DNA of 64,000 nucleotides from contig JANRKO010000060.1 of NCBI GenBank assembly GCA_033763455.1, forward strand, positions 64,001 to 128,000, given 5' to 3'. The DNA comes from Polyangiaceae bacterium (GTDB lineage Bacteria; Myxococcota_A; Polyangia; Polyangiales; Polyangiaceae). Below the pieces are notes generated by a model. It did not search any database and had not been told where the DNA came from. It saw only the letters and a list, made by a program, of their open reading frames with translations. Numbering within the stretch: position 1 is the first letter of the stretch; every line of letters begins with the position of its first letter. This document shows positions 39,083 through 48,219 of this stretch, piece by piece. The position numbers and the translations under genes were made by a program.

Positions 39083-40118
39083 CCTTCACCTCCATGCGCT
39101 CGGGAGCATGATTGGGCGTTTCCGCGTGCAGAAGATCGAGGTCGGGGTCGGCTTCCGTGACAAAACAGGCTGCTTTTTGGCCGTTTTTGTGTTCGACCAA
39201 CGCGGGTGCCACCGTTGCGCATTTCGGAAGGCGAAACCGGCAGCGGGGGTGGAATCGGCACCCCGTTGGCAGCCCGAGCGCATCCGGAACGTTCCCAGGT
39301 ATCGGTTCTAAGTGGCGCCCGGAGGCATCATACGTGGGCAGTGAGCGCAGGAGGCCGGCGGTATAAGGATGTTTGGGGCGTTCGAAAATGTCGTAAACGC
39401 TTCCCTGCTCCACAATGCGGCCGGCGTACATGATGGCTACGTCTTCGGCCATTGAAGCTACTACTCCAAGGTCATGCGTGATCAGTAGGATCGACATGCC
39501 CAGCTTGGCCTGGAGGCCTCGCATGAGCGTCAGGATCTGCGCTTGAATCGTGACATCCAGCGCGGTTGTTGGCTCGTCCGCGATGAGCAACTTCGGGCGG
39601 CAACACAGTGCCATCGCGATCATTACGCGTTGACGCATACCGCCCGAAAGCTGATGCGGGTATTCCGCGAACCGCTGCTCAGGAGATGGAATGCCAACGA
39701 GGTGCAGGTAGCGTATGGCCTCGGCTCGCTGCTCCTCACCCTGTAGCCCGCGGTGAAGCTCCAGCGCTTCTCCGATCTGGTTCCCCACGGTGTACACGGG
39801 GTTCAGGCTTGTCATGGGCTCCTGGAAAATCATTGCGATCTCATTGCCACGAACCCCACGCATGGCTTCTTCATCCAACTCGAGGAGATCGCGCCCCTGA
39901 AACTCAACTCTTCCCGCGGTGACTTCTCCGCGCTGCTTTTCGATCAAACGCAGAATCGTCATCGCCGTAACGCTCTTGCCGCAGCCCGATTCGCCCACTA
40001 CAGCTAACGTTTTCCCGTGACCAATCGCGTAGCTTACGCCATCTACCGCACGCACAATGCCCGCGCTCGTGCGAAACTGCACGCTTAGGTCTGTGAGTTG
40101 GAGCAGCGGTGAAGTCAT
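39075..40118 (-). CDS. Peptide ABC transporter ATP-binding protein (OppD/DppD-like)
   Basis: [34 protein letters not shown]. Start at the ATGA overlap, 40118. Confidence 0.92.
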   Translation of the reverse strand: MTSPLLQLTDLSVQFRTSAGIVRAVDGVSYAIGHGKTLAVVGESGCGKSVTAMTILRLIEKQRGEVTAGRVEFQGRDLLELDEEAMRGVRGNEIAMIFQEPMTSLNPVYTVGNQIGEALELHRGLQGEEQRAEAIRYLHLVGIPSPEQRFAEYPHQLSGGMRQRVMIAMALCCRPKLLIADEPTTALDVTIQAQILTLMRGLQAKLGMSILLITHDLGVVASMAEDVAIMYAGRIVEQGSVYDIFERPKHPYTAGLLRSLPTYDASGRHLEPIPGNVPDALGLPTGCRFHPRCRFRLPKCATVAPALVEHKNGQKAACFVTEADPDLDLLHAETPNHAPERMEVKDA

Positions 40119-41410
40119 GTCTTTAGCTTCGGATCCAGTGCATCGCGTAGGCCTTCGCCCACCAAGTTGAAGACGCTCACAACAAAGAAGATTGCGAACC
40201 CTGGAGCGAGGATTAGCCACAATTTCTGTTCCAGGCGCCCAGCGTTGAGCGTCTCCCCCCAGCTGGCCACGCTGAGATCGCCGATGCCCAAAAATGCGAG
40301 GCTTGATTCCACCAGAATTGCTGAAGCCACACCAAAGGTGGCACTAACCAGCACCGGCGCAATGGCGTTGGGCAAGATGTGCCGGAAGATGATGCGAAAG
40401 CGCGGGATGCCGAGTGCGAGCGCCGCCTGCGCATATTCGAGCGAGCGATGCTTCAAGAATTCGGCACGGATCAATCGAGCTACGCCCGTCCAGCTCGTAA
40501 CCCCAATGATGATCATTACGTGAAAAATAGAACGGCGTTCGATAAGGGCGGCAATGGTGAGGATCAGAAAGAAGCTCGGAAAGCAGATCATTACCTCAAT
40601 CAAGCGACTGATAAGCATGTCTGCCCAGCCGCCAAAGTAGCCAGCCAATGCTCCGAGCAGGAGCCCAATGCCCACGTAAATCGAAACCGCGACCACACCG
40701 ATGGTCAAAGAAATTCGTGTGCCATATAGCATGCGTGCGAACACATCACGCCCTTCTGTATCAGTGCCGAGCCAGTGTTGAGCGCTCGGTGGTTCAACAT
40801 TGCGGGTCGGGTCCGTGTCCCTGTAACCGTAGCGAAGTGGCGGAAACCACGCGCTGTAAGGCTCCTTTTGTGCATCCAAGGCAAGAGCCAAGGTCGTGTA
40901 GTTGGTTACCTTCTCCTGATGATAGAGCGGATTTTCGAACGAAAAGAAGCGCTCCGGCAGCATGAGCGCGTAGACGAAGAAGTAAGAAGCAAGAAAGCCG
41001 CCCAGCAGGCGCAGCCTCAGCCGAAAGAAGCGTGCCCCTAGCACCTTGGAGGCGATGAAGTATCCGAGCGCGTAAAGGGGCGACAATACGAGCGCTAAGT
41101 TGAACAGGATATCCACGGCATTTTCGTAGAGGAGCCGATTGAAGAGGCCACGCCAGAACGGAAAAGAGGCTTGCCCCTGGTAATGAAAATAGAGTGGCTG
41201 ATTGCAGGACAAGAAAGGCGCGTAAACGGCCAGAACGATCAGAAATAGGACCGCATAAAGACCAAACAGCGCCAAGCGGTTCTTCTTGAATTGACCCCAA
41301 ACCAACGTCAGGTAGGAGAGGCGCTGCCAATCCATCTCAGCCTGATCCCGAGCCTCCCCAGCCGAGGGCGAAGGACTGCCGGGCACCGAAGGAGGGGTGG
41401 CGTCACTCAT
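40115..41410 (-). CDS. Peptide ABC transporter permease (OppC/DppC-like) with insertion
   Basis: [40 protein letters not shown]. Confidence 0.92.
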   Translation of the reverse strand: MSDATPPSVPGSPSPSAGEARDQAEMDWQRLSYLTLVWGQFKKNRLALFGLYAVLFLIVLAVYAPFLSCNQPLYFHYQGQASFPFWRGLFNRLLYENAVDILFNLALVLSPLYALGYFIASKVLGARFFRLRLRLLGGFLASYFFVYALMLPERFFSFENPLYHQEKVTNYTTLALALDAQKEPYSAWFPPLRYGYRDTDPTRNVEPPSAQHWLGTDTEGRDVFARMLYGTRISLTIGVVAVSIYVGIGLLLGALAGYFGGWADMLISRLIEVMICFPSFFLILTIAALIERRSIFHVMIIIGVTSWTGVARLIRAEFLKHRSLEYAQAALALGIPRFRIIFRHILPNAIAPVLVSATFGVASAILVESSLAFLGIGDLSVASWGETLNAGRLEQKLWLILAPGFAIFFVVSVFNLVGEGLRDALDPKLKT

Positions 41411-42861
41411 GAATAGCGAATCCTCGGATCGACCAGAGCGTAGCTGAGGTCAGTGAGCAAAATGCCAACGAGGACGAGCACAGTGGAAAGTAGCTCAATG
41501 GCCATGATCACGTTGTAATCACGTTGGTAAATCGCATCGACCGCCCACAACCCCATTCCAGGAATTCCAAAAATGTACTCAATGATGACGCTGCCTCCGA
41601 GCACTGCCGGCAATAGTCCGGCGAGGAGCGTCAAGATGGGCAAGAGGCCGTTGCGCATGGCGTGTTTGCCGATCACGCTCGACTCCGGTAACCCTTTAGC
41701 TCGGGCAGTTCGGATGTAATCCGACTGAATAACCTCAAGAAGGCCGCTTCGCATGTAACGGCTGAGGGCGGCGAGTGAGCCGTAGGTCATGCAAAACATG
41801 GGCAGCACCAAATGCCAGGCTACATCCAACCACTGCTCGTACCACGTGAGCGTTGCTACGTTCTGAGACTCCCAACCGCCTGTGGGAAAAAGCCTCCAGC
41901 TTTCAAACGGCGAGCCCTGCGATAAGAAGTACAGGAGCAGCGTGGCCACAAAAAAGCTCGGAAGGGAATAGAGCATAAATAGGCCCACTGTCAGCGTGCG
42001 ATCAGCCGTCGAATCCCGCTTCACGGCCGAAAAGACACCCAGCGGAATAGCGATCAGGTAAGCCAGGAGGAGCGAGCCAACTGACAGCCCCAGAGAATAG
42101 CGGAGCTTTCGTACGAGTGTCTCAAGTACAGGTTCTTTGCTTACCAGGGAAATGCCAAAATCGAGCCGTGCTAGGTTGGACCAATATTTGGCAAAACGTG
42201 TGTCCGTAAAGAAGATCTTCACCTTCTCTCCGAAGGTATAGCTGAAGCGCGCCTGATTCTCCTTGAACCAGGCGTTCCACGCCCGCACCACTTCAAGCTT
42301 CTTCGATTCCTCGGCATCAAGAGGGTAACGCAGGACACGAAGCTTGGAATTTTCAAGGTCTACAGCGCGGTTGTACGCCGCAACTTCGGGAGGCGGCGCC
42401 GAATTGTATGGATCCAATAGGGGGCGCTGAGCTGCCACGCTGAGAAAATAGACGGCCACATCGCGCAACTTCTTCTGATTCGTGCTCTCGGCGCGGCGGA
42501 GAACAGCCATCAGGTGGGGTACGGCATACGATCCGTAGTCTTCCAGCTCTTCTTGTGCCCGGATGCGCGCCGAAACGGCAGCGGTTTCGAGTTCTGCGAA
42601 TACACGCAGACGAGTTTCAATATCGCTTTCGGAGAGGGTAAAATAGGAGTTAAGCAGCGTGGGCTTGTCCAGATGGAATTGCTCTCTAAAAATTCGGTAG
42701 GATTCCTGAGTCGTTTGCCCCCTGAGCGTCGACGCGGTGTCTCCTTGCTGGGTCATACCTGGACGACCGGGAGCAAGGTTCAATACAACGAAGACAATAA
42801 TTGAGATCCCTACGAATGTTGGAATCATCAGCAGCATTCGACGTAGGATGTAGGTCGTCAT
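41407..42861 (-). CDS. Peptide ABC transporter permease (OppB/DppB-like) with large extracytoplasmic insertion
   Basis: YILRRMLLMIPT, LAPG, LDFGIS, DYIRTARAKGL, YALVDPRI; a long helical insertion follows TM1. Confidence 0.92.
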   Translation of the reverse strand: MTTYILRRMLLMIPTFVGISIIVFVVLNLAPGRPGMTQQGDTASTLRGQTTQESYRIFREQFHLDKPTLLNSYFTLSESDIETRLRVFAELETAAVSARIRAQEELEDYGSYAVPHLMAVLRRAESTNQKKLRDVAVYFLSVAAQRPLLDPYNSAPPPEVAAYNRAVDLENSKLRVLRYPLDAEESKKLEVVRAWNAWFKENQARFSYTFGEKVKIFFTDTRFAKYWSNLARLDFGISLVSKEPVLETLVRKLRYSLGLSVGSLLLAYLIAIPLGVFSAVKRDSTADRTLTVGLFMLYSLPSFFVATLLLYFLSQGSPFESWRLFPTGGWESQNVATLTWYEQWLDVAWHLVLPMFCMTYGSLAALSRYMRSGLLEVIQSDYIRTARAKGLPESSVIGKHAMRNGLLPILTLLAGLLPAVLGGSVIIEYIFGIPGMGLWAVDAIYQRDYNVIMAIELLSTVLVLVGILLTDLSYALVDPRIRYS

Positions 42862-42876
42862 CCGTCGGGCTGTGTC

Positions 42877-44877
42877 CTATTGTGACTGGGCCACTGACCA
42901 CGGCCGAAAATCGGTGGTAGGGCGAACTTTTGCAAAAACGACATCTTTCACGTCGCGGCTCGTGCAAAACACCTCCTTGGAGGTCATGATGAAGCTGTAG
43001 ACGTGCGATTCGTAGATGAGACGGTGGATTTTCCTGAGAAGCACGCGCCGTTCTTCAGGGTCAAATGTCTCCCGCAGCTGCTCAATGAGCTTATCGGCTT
43101 CCTTGCTACGAAAGCCAACCCGGTTGGACCCCTTGGGAATATCAGCCTGCGATGAATGCCAAATCTGGAAGGCGTCGACCTCCCATGGGAGGGCCCAGCC
43201 ACCGGTAAATGCATCAAAGTTCTTCTCGTCCATGCGTTTTTGCATGAGGCTCCATTCTGCGGATGTAACATTCAGCTTAACGCCTATCTTCAGGAGGTCT
43301 TCTTTGAAGATGTTGGCGAGTGCCGTGTACTCTGGGGAGCTTCCGTAAATTAGCAGGGTGAATTCGAACTGGGTTCTCTTCCCCTTTATTGCCTTATCGA
43401 TTAGGCCATTTCCGTCCGTGTCGGCCCAACCCGCGTCCGACAAAACCTTGCGTGCTCGCGCGAGATCAAAGTTCAGTGGATCCACCGTGGTGTCGAGCCC
43501 GCCGGTGCTCGGTAGGAATGGCCCGATGGCTACCTCCCCCAACCCCACGAAGATGCGTTCGATGATCTCCTTTCGGTTGAGAGCTAGCGTCATCGCCATG
43601 CGCACTCGAGGATCCGAAAATATGGGATGGTCTCCGTTCCAGCCGATGTATCGGTAGCCAAAGGCGTCCAGCGTGCGACAGTTGATTCTACCATCGAAGA
43701 ACGGACTGTTCTTAGGAAGCGCCGACTGGGGTTGGCCCTGATACCGCTGTATTTCTTCCCGGTACTGCGAGGCTCGAAGCCGACCGAGGCTGAGCTCACC
43801 AGCTTTGAGTTTCAACAAAGTGAGGTTCGGATCGGTGTAGATCGGGTGGACAACCCGTTTGATCGCAGGCTTGCTCCCAAAGTAGTCCTCGTTGCGCTCA
43901 AGCACGAGCTTATTACCTGGCACATACTCGCTCAAGCGATAGGGCCCGGCGCCGACGTAGCCTTTGTTATTGTACCAATGTTGGTTGAAGCGCAACCCAA
44001 GCGTTTCCTTCGGAAATGGCACCCCACGCTCATCATAAGCAAGCAAAAACTTGGGGATTGGAGCGAGATTCAGCGTGAACGCGATGCTGTTGACAACCTT
44101 TTTCTTCCAACGCACGACAAGAGTGTGGCTATTTACTACCTTCCAGCTTTGCAGGTCGGCGTAGTAGTTCTTGAGGAACCCGTTCTCGACCTGCGGGTTC
44201 AACAGCATCTCGAACGTGAACGCGAGATCTTCGGCAGTCACTTCATGCGGGCGGTCCAGCCACGCATACTCCTTGCTCTTCAGGTTAATGCCCGAGGGGG
44301 CATGCCAGCGAACCCCCTTGCGAAGGTAGATCGTGTATTCCCTGAAGTCGTCGGTAACTTCGACCCTGCATGCCAGTTCGCCATGCCACTTGTCAGGATC
44401 TGTCCATTTGTTGCGGTCAGCAATTAGGGCGTCAACGTAGTTAAAAACGTCCTCCTGTAACTCCGCCGAGTTCTCCAACAGGCTGTTGAACCCCTTGGGA
44501 TCCCCGCTTGGCCACCCCTTCGTGAGAGCTCCGCCAAGATTGGCTCCTGCTGCGGGCCAATGAGTGTCATGGTTGACCAGAAAATTGGGTACTTCTGGAT
44601 GCAGGACCGGGTCCGTCTCGCAATCTTCCGAACTTGGTACGGAAGCGGTGCCGACGTTGGAGTTCACTTTCTCCGTGGAAGCAGCCCCATTCCCCTTCAA
44701 GCGTTTGAGCTCACCCACCATCCGCTCCGAGGATTCACCGAGCGAACGAAGCTGTTGCTCTTGCGTCGAAATCCGTTTCTCAACGGCGTTGAGTTGCACA
44801 ACCCCTACAACAAGAAGGACGACGGCGAGGGCGATGAGTACGGTTTGCAGGGCTCTAGGTGAGCTGGTTGATTTCAT
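42877..44877 (-). CDS. Peptide ABC transporter substrate-binding protein (family 5) with N-terminal TM anchor and coiled coil
   Basis: YTIYLRKGVRWH, VGAGPY, LVLERNEDYFG, FSDPRVRMAM, GWADTDGNG. Start placed at the ATG at 44877 (MKSTSS). Confidence 0.9.
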   Translation of the reverse strand: MKSTSSPRALQTVLIALAVVLLVVGVVQLNAVEKRISTQEQQLRSLGESSERMVGELKRLKGNGAASTEKVNSNVGTASVPSSEDCETDPVLHPEVPNFLVNHDTHWPAAGANLGGALTKGWPSGDPKGFNSLLENSAELQEDVFNYVDALIADRNKWTDPDKWHGELACRVEVTDDFREYTIYLRKGVRWHAPSGINLKSKEYAWLDRPHEVTAEDLAFTFEMLLNPQVENGFLKNYYADLQSWKVVNSHTLVVRWKKKVVNSIAFTLNLAPIPKFLLAYDERGVPFPKETLGLRFNQHWYNNKGYVGAGPYRLSEYVPGNKLVLERNEDYFGSKPAIKRVVHPIYTDPNLTLLKLKAGELSLGRLRASQYREEIQRYQGQPQSALPKNSPFFDGRINCRTLDAFGYRYIGWNGDHPIFSDPRVRMAMTLALNRKEIIERIFVGLGEVAIGPFLPSTGGLDTTVDPLNFDLARARKVLSDAGWADTDGNGLIDKAIKGKRTQFEFTLLIYGSSPEYTALANIFKEDLLKIGVKLNVTSAEWSLMQKRMDEKNFDAFTGGWALPWEVDAFQIWHSSQADIPKGSNRVGFRSKEADKLIEQLRETFDPEERRVLLRKIHRLIYESHVYSFIMTSKEVFCTSRDVKDVVFAKVRPTTDFRPWSVAQSQ

Positions 44878-45038
44878 GCATGCCTTCGAAGTGGGAGCTC
44901 GCGATGGATCCGGTTGCTTACGGCGAGGGCCGATTAGAGACTGGCCGCATGGTACACGAATTTGGGCGCCCACAAATGTAGACGCTCACGCCAAAGAGGG
45001 CACAGCGACCGATGCTGCTGCCGACTAACGTGCGCTGC

Positions 45039-46778
45039 CTACGCAGCCGCGTCTGACTCACTTTCCAGTTCCCGAAAGAGCGGGCCGAGCTCGGGGCGTG
45101 CTCGGAGTGGTTCGCAGAAGCGGGAAGCCTGGGCCAGAAGGTCGTTCTCCATGGCGCCTGCGGCGCGCCCTAGGCTTTCGAGCTGGGCTTGTAAGGCGGT
45201 CTGTTCGCGCTCAAGGCTCTCTTCTTGGGTGGCCATGGCCTGCCGCAGCTGCAGGATTTGAAATTCGAGATCTTCGACGTCGTGCTTGCTGGCGACGCAG
45301 CGGGCGTCCGCTGCGGCTTGTTGTTTTTTCGCCTCGCACCAACTTTCCACTACGTCGGCAGCGGCGCGGTAGGCGTCCGCCATTTCTTGGTACGGTTCGA
45401 GGAAGCCCGTGCGCCCCTCCCAGAACAGGACCTCGTGCTGAGCCTCGCGAAATGCTTCGCGTTTCTCTTCGCGCAGCGCAGCGGCAAGCTTGGCTGCGGC
45501 GGTTGCGTCTTTGAGTTTGTCGCGCGCAAGGCTCGCGTCCACACCCAGGGCGTGGACGGCGTGACCGATGCGTTGGCGCATTTCGCGTCCGCTCGCGTCT
45601 ACGTTTTCGAGGTTGCGCTGGTGAGCCATGGCTTCGTCGCGATGACTCGCAATTTGCTTCACCAACGCGTTGATTCGTTCGAGCAGTTCTACTTGTTGTG
45701 GGGGAGCTCCAGCGCCGTAGACTTTTTCCAGCATTTGCCGGAAGACCTCAACACGGCGGCCCCACAAGTCGATCGCCACAGGCGGCAGACTCTTGGAGGC
45801 CGGGCGCAGGCTCTCGGGCACCTCGGAGAGATCTCGAGGTACGGTTGCGCCAACAGCTTCGGCTATGGCGACCAAATCCTTGTAGAGCCGGTGTGCATCC
45901 ACCGGGCGTTCCTTCGGATCTTTCGCGAGAAGCTCAAGTATGAGCTTGTCGAGGGCCTCGGGAATGCTTGGATCGGATGCGCGAGCGCTTGGCGCCGCTT
46001 CGCTCAGATGTTTGATGAAGAGTACCGGGACTTGCGCTGCATCGAAGGGCAAGCGCCCCGTTACCATTTCGAACAGAATGATGCCAACGGCGTAAAGATC
46101 GGCACTTGGCCCGGCGTCAATCGAGGTGATGCGCTCGGGAGCCATGTATTGGGGCGTGCCGAAAACTTCACCGGCCCCGGTTAGCCGCGCGTCCTGCATG
46201 GAGCGAGCGATGCCAAAATCTAGCAGCTTAACCACTTCGGTGCCGGTCTGCGGATCGTGAGCAAGGTAGATGTTTTCGGGCTTGAGGTCGCGATGGATAA
46301 CTTGAAGATCGTGAGCGCGGGCGAGCGCGCGGGCGATCTGAATGCCGATGGTGAGGGCGCGCGAGACAGAGATTTTCCCGCGCTCCAAGAGGTCAGCGAG
46401 GGTTTCCCCTTCCAGGAGCTCCATTACCAAGTAGACGCACCCATCGTCGGTTTCGCCTTGGTCAGAGATCTCGATGATGTTCGGATGCGCTAGCTTTTGA
46501 GCGGCTTTCGCTTCACGCCGGAAGCGCTCGCGCATCACTTCATTTTTGGCAAAAGATTCGTTCAGGATCTTGATGGCACACAAGCGATCTACCAAGCGAT
46601 GGCGTGCCGTGTAGACGGTGGCCATACCCCCCTGCCCGAGCACGCTTTCGATCTCGTAGCGACCCGCGAGCACGGTTCCGATACGCTCGTCTTGGATGGG
46701 GGCAAGCGTTGCGCCGTCAACGAAGCACAACGTGCGATCGTCTGGATACTTCAGCTTGCAGAGTGGGCAGGCCTTCAT
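45039..46778 (-). CDS. Ser/Thr protein kinase (N-terminal CPxC...C knuckle, C-terminal coiled coil, no TM)
   Basis: LGQGGMATVY, AIK, HRDLKPEN, DFG, GTPQYMAPE. Confidence 0.93.
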   Translation of the reverse strand: MKACPLCKLKYPDDRTLCFVDGATLAPIQDERIGTVLAGRYEIESVLGQGGMATVYTARHRLVDRLCAIKILNESFAKNEVMRERFRREAKAAQKLAHPNIIEISDQGETDDGCVYLVMELLEGETLADLLERGKISVSRALTIGIQIARALARAHDLQVIHRDLKPENIYLAHDPQTGTEVVKLLDFGIARSMQDARLTGAGEVFGTPQYMAPERITSIDAGPSADLYAVGIILFEMVTGRLPFDAAQVPVLFIKHLSEAAPSARASDPSIPEALDKLILELLAKDPKERPVDAHRLYKDLVAIAEAVGATVPRDLSEVPESLRPASKSLPPVAIDLWGRRVEVFRQMLEKVYGAGAPPQQVELLERINALVKQIASHRDEAMAHQRNLENVDASGREMRQRIGHAVHALGVDASLARDKLKDATAAAKLAAALREEKREAFREAQHEVLFWEGRTGFLEPYQEMADAYRAAADVVESWCEAKKQQAAADARCVASKHDVEDLEFQILQLRQAMATQEESLEREQTALQAQLESLGRAAGAMENDLLAQASRFCEPLRARPELGPLFRELESESDAAA

Positions 46779-46893
46779 AACTCCCGAAGCCTTCGATGTT
46801 CCCGCGCGAGCGATAAAGATTCCAGCCCAAAGCCCAAGAGGCCGGGTGCGCCCGGTTTTCCATAGTCAAATCCTGTGCTACCTGCCTTTGCAG

Positions 46894-47739
46894 ATGGTCA
46901 CCAAGGCGAAGAAGCCCCCTTTCGGGGCGCCCCGGGTGGAGGTCCGAGCGCCCTCCCGGTCGGAGGACCGCGTTCACTTAGGCCGCTTGGCCATCATTGT
47001 AGCGGTTGGGTTTGTCGTGGGTGTCGCTTGGCCCCGCCTGGCGGGGATCCATTTGGCCCCCGTGGTGCCCGACGACGGAACACCGACCAAGAAGGCGCCC
47101 GCCAAAGCGGCTGAGTTGCCCCCCTCGGAGCCTTTGGCGGTTGCGGTGGTCGAAGAGGTGAAGATAGGGGAACCCCAGATCACGGCGTGTAAAGATACCG
47201 ACGGCCGCGCGCAGAAGCCGTGCGATACGGTGCTGTTTCAAGATGTAGTTAACCCGAGATTAAAAACGCTGAGCTCGTGTGAGGCAGCTCAGGGAGCCCT
47301 TGGCGCACTATCGCTCGGGTTCGACTTTAACTTTGACAAGAATCGGGTTGAACGCATCATCCTAGGCAAGCGCACTACACTCCCACTCCCAACAGCCAAA
47401 GCCTTGGTTGAGTGCGTAGAGCGCGAGTTTGAAACAGCTGCGCTTACACAGCTTAAGCACCAATACGCTCGCTACTCGGTCTTCTTCTTGGTTGAGTTTG
47501 CGCCGCCTGAACCCAAGAAAGGCGAAGAAGATCAAATCCTCGAAGCAACGGGTCGAGCCACCGTGGGTTGGGAGTTGGCTTTGATCCGCGAGACTCCAGG
47601 AAATGAGGCCCCCGTGAAGGCTCGGATCAGGAGCGGAACGCGCGTGGTGGTCACTGGTAGAAAAGCGGACTGGTATCGCGTGAAATATGACGGGCAGGGC
47701 AATGAGGGCTGGGTCTTCAAGGCTGCCATCGGCCTCTAG
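46894..47739 (+). CDS. Membrane-anchored protein with C-terminal bacterial SH3 domain
   Basis: TM LAIIVAVGFVVGVAW; C-terminal IRETPG...GTRVVVTGRKADWYRVKY...EGWV. Start placed at the ATG at 46894. Confidence 0.8.
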   Translation: MVTKAKKPPFGAPRVEVRAPSRSEDRVHLGRLAIIVAVGFVVGVAWPRLAGIHLAPVVPDDGTPTKKAPAKAAELPPSEPLAVAVVEEVKIGEPQITACKDTDGRAQKPCDTVLFQDVVNPRLKTLSSCEAAQGALGALSLGFDFNFDKNRVERIILGKRTTLPLPTAKALVECVEREFETAALTQLKHQYARYSVFFLVEFAPPEPKKGEEDQILEATGRATVGWELALIRETPGNEAPVKARIRSGTRVVVTGRKADWYRVKYDGQGNEGWVFKAAIGL

Positions 47740-47816
47740 ACGGCCGTCGTTTGAGCCGAGTTTTTGGTCGCGGTTGGCCACCGCGTGCGATGGCGTGCTA
47801 AGGATCGCCTACGAGC

Positions 47817-48212
47817 ATGAGCAACTCTGACAAACCTCAGAAGCCTTCAGTGGACATGCCGGCCGTCTCTCATCAGGACGTCGCGCTCGTGCACGGTGTT
47901 ACCCCCGACGGCGGGTATCGTATCGTCCGGCGCCGGGGTGAACAGCTTGAGCTTGGGTCCGTGCATCCGCTCAAAGAAGGCAAGCCTCTCGAAGGGGAAG
48001 TGGTCGCACTGCGACCGCGTAAGGAATTCCCTCTCGTGTGTGACGTAGAAACGCTGTATAGCCCGCCGAAGCCTTTGGTAGGGGACACGGCGGCTGCCCC
48101 GCCTGCCCAAGCTCGGGCGAAAAAAGGGCCAGCGCAGGTTTCCACCGAGGCTTATCGCGAAAATTGGGATCAGATTTGGCCCCAAGCCAAGAAGAATAAC
48201 GCGGTTAATTAG
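47817..48212 (+). CDS. Hypothetical protein
   Basis: 131-aa ORF with an ATG start; C-terminal GPAQVSTEAYRENWDQIW motif; fills the intergenic space. Confidence 0.75.
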   Translation: MSNSDKPQKPSVDMPAVSHQDVALVHGVTPDGGYRIVRRRGEQLELGSVHPLKEGKPLEGEVVALRPRKEFPLVCDVETLYSPPKPLVGDTAAAPPAQARAKKGPAQVSTEAYRENWDQIWPQAKKNNAVN

Positions 48213-48219
48213 ACGCGGT

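Noticed and set aside
45225..46184. Long antisense ORFs (e.g. 45225..46184 +, 20231..21199 -, 43627..44427 +, 5611..6366 -)
   Set aside because: They are shadows of well-supported genes on the opposite strand in GC-rich DNA and have no recognisable motifs.
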